Positions 63,386-64,000 of a DNA stretch of 64,000 bases are shown here, one piece after another; position 1 is the stretch's first letter; each line of letters begins with the position of its first letter. Source of the stretch: the human T2T-CHM13v2.0 reference genome, Homo sapiens; assembly GCF_009914755.1 (NCBI RefSeq), contig NC_060945.1; one strand, given 5' to 3'. The translations under genes were made by a program, and so were the position numbers. The notes beneath the pieces were generated by a model. It made no database searches, had not been told where the DNA came from, and was given only the letters and a program-made list of their open reading frames with translations.

Positions 63386-64000
63386 AGTTTTTTTACAATT
63401 GTAGGTGTTGACATGTGTGTGGACGCCTAGAGAGATTTCTTTGATGAACTTCCTGCATAGTCAGAGACAGGAATGACGATTTCTAAACTTACAGACGCTC
63501 TTACAGACATGGTTTCCCTGATCTCCATAAACTTTAGCTGGCAATTCAGGTGGAAACAGAAATAATATCTACAGTCCTGTTGCTTATAAAGGCAGTATAT
63601 TAAGAACAGAAGTATTGGAAATTAACATATTTCATGTCAGTTTCATTTTTCATCTAACTCTGTGTCTTCTTCAAGGTAATTGACCTTCCTTATGCCTTAG
63701 GCTCTACATATGAGGCTAAATAAGAGTCATTCTCTCACAGTTGTTACAAATATTAAATAAATTAGTGTACAAAAAGCTGTAAGCACAGCAACTGACATGA
63801 AAATAAACCAATGATAAATATAGAAAAATAAAATATTTTAGTTGGAAAAACAGACAAGGAAAATTGTTATGTTCTATAATTTAAGCATTTATAGAGTGTA
63901 ATGCAATAACATCTCATCAAATCTGAATATTGTATATGCTTAAAAGTTTTTAAAATCACTATCAGTAATGGACACTAGTAGTAAGAGGTAAAACAGCCAG

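Overview
Primate (very likely human, chr21 by gene identity) AT-rich genomic DNA containing most of SAMSN1 (HACS1/SLy2/NASH1, an SH3+SAM adaptor) on the minus strand. Seven coding exons were read by hand: 42555-42484, 38375-38226, 33907-33778, 31795-31644, 22069-21863, 19928-19778 and 7449-7247. All have AG/GT boundaries and join in frame into 354 aa ending ...IITEPSD*. They are called exons 2-8 here because the first coding exon (MLKRKPS..., recalled) lies beyond position 64000. The 3'UTR runs to about 6565. The rest is intronic or intergenic and dominated by transposons: about 13 Alu/FLAM, a near-full-length L1PB, truncated L1PA/L1M, L2, MIR, solo LTRs (MER48, MER34-like, LTR16/33-like, MLT1) and DNA transposons (MER6A, MER30, MER5, half MADE1). 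Subfamily names come from recalled consensus sequences and need Dfam confirmation. I found no novel multi-gene system. The best leads are: (1) an apparently spliced L1PB 5'UTR; (2) an LTR-supplied donor competing with the weak exon-2 donor; (3) inverted Alus around a stop-free, frame-preserving exon 4-5 unit; (4) three Pumilio elements among alternative poly(A) signals; (5) an ~85-nt intronic hairpin; (6) several fold-back templated-insertion scars.
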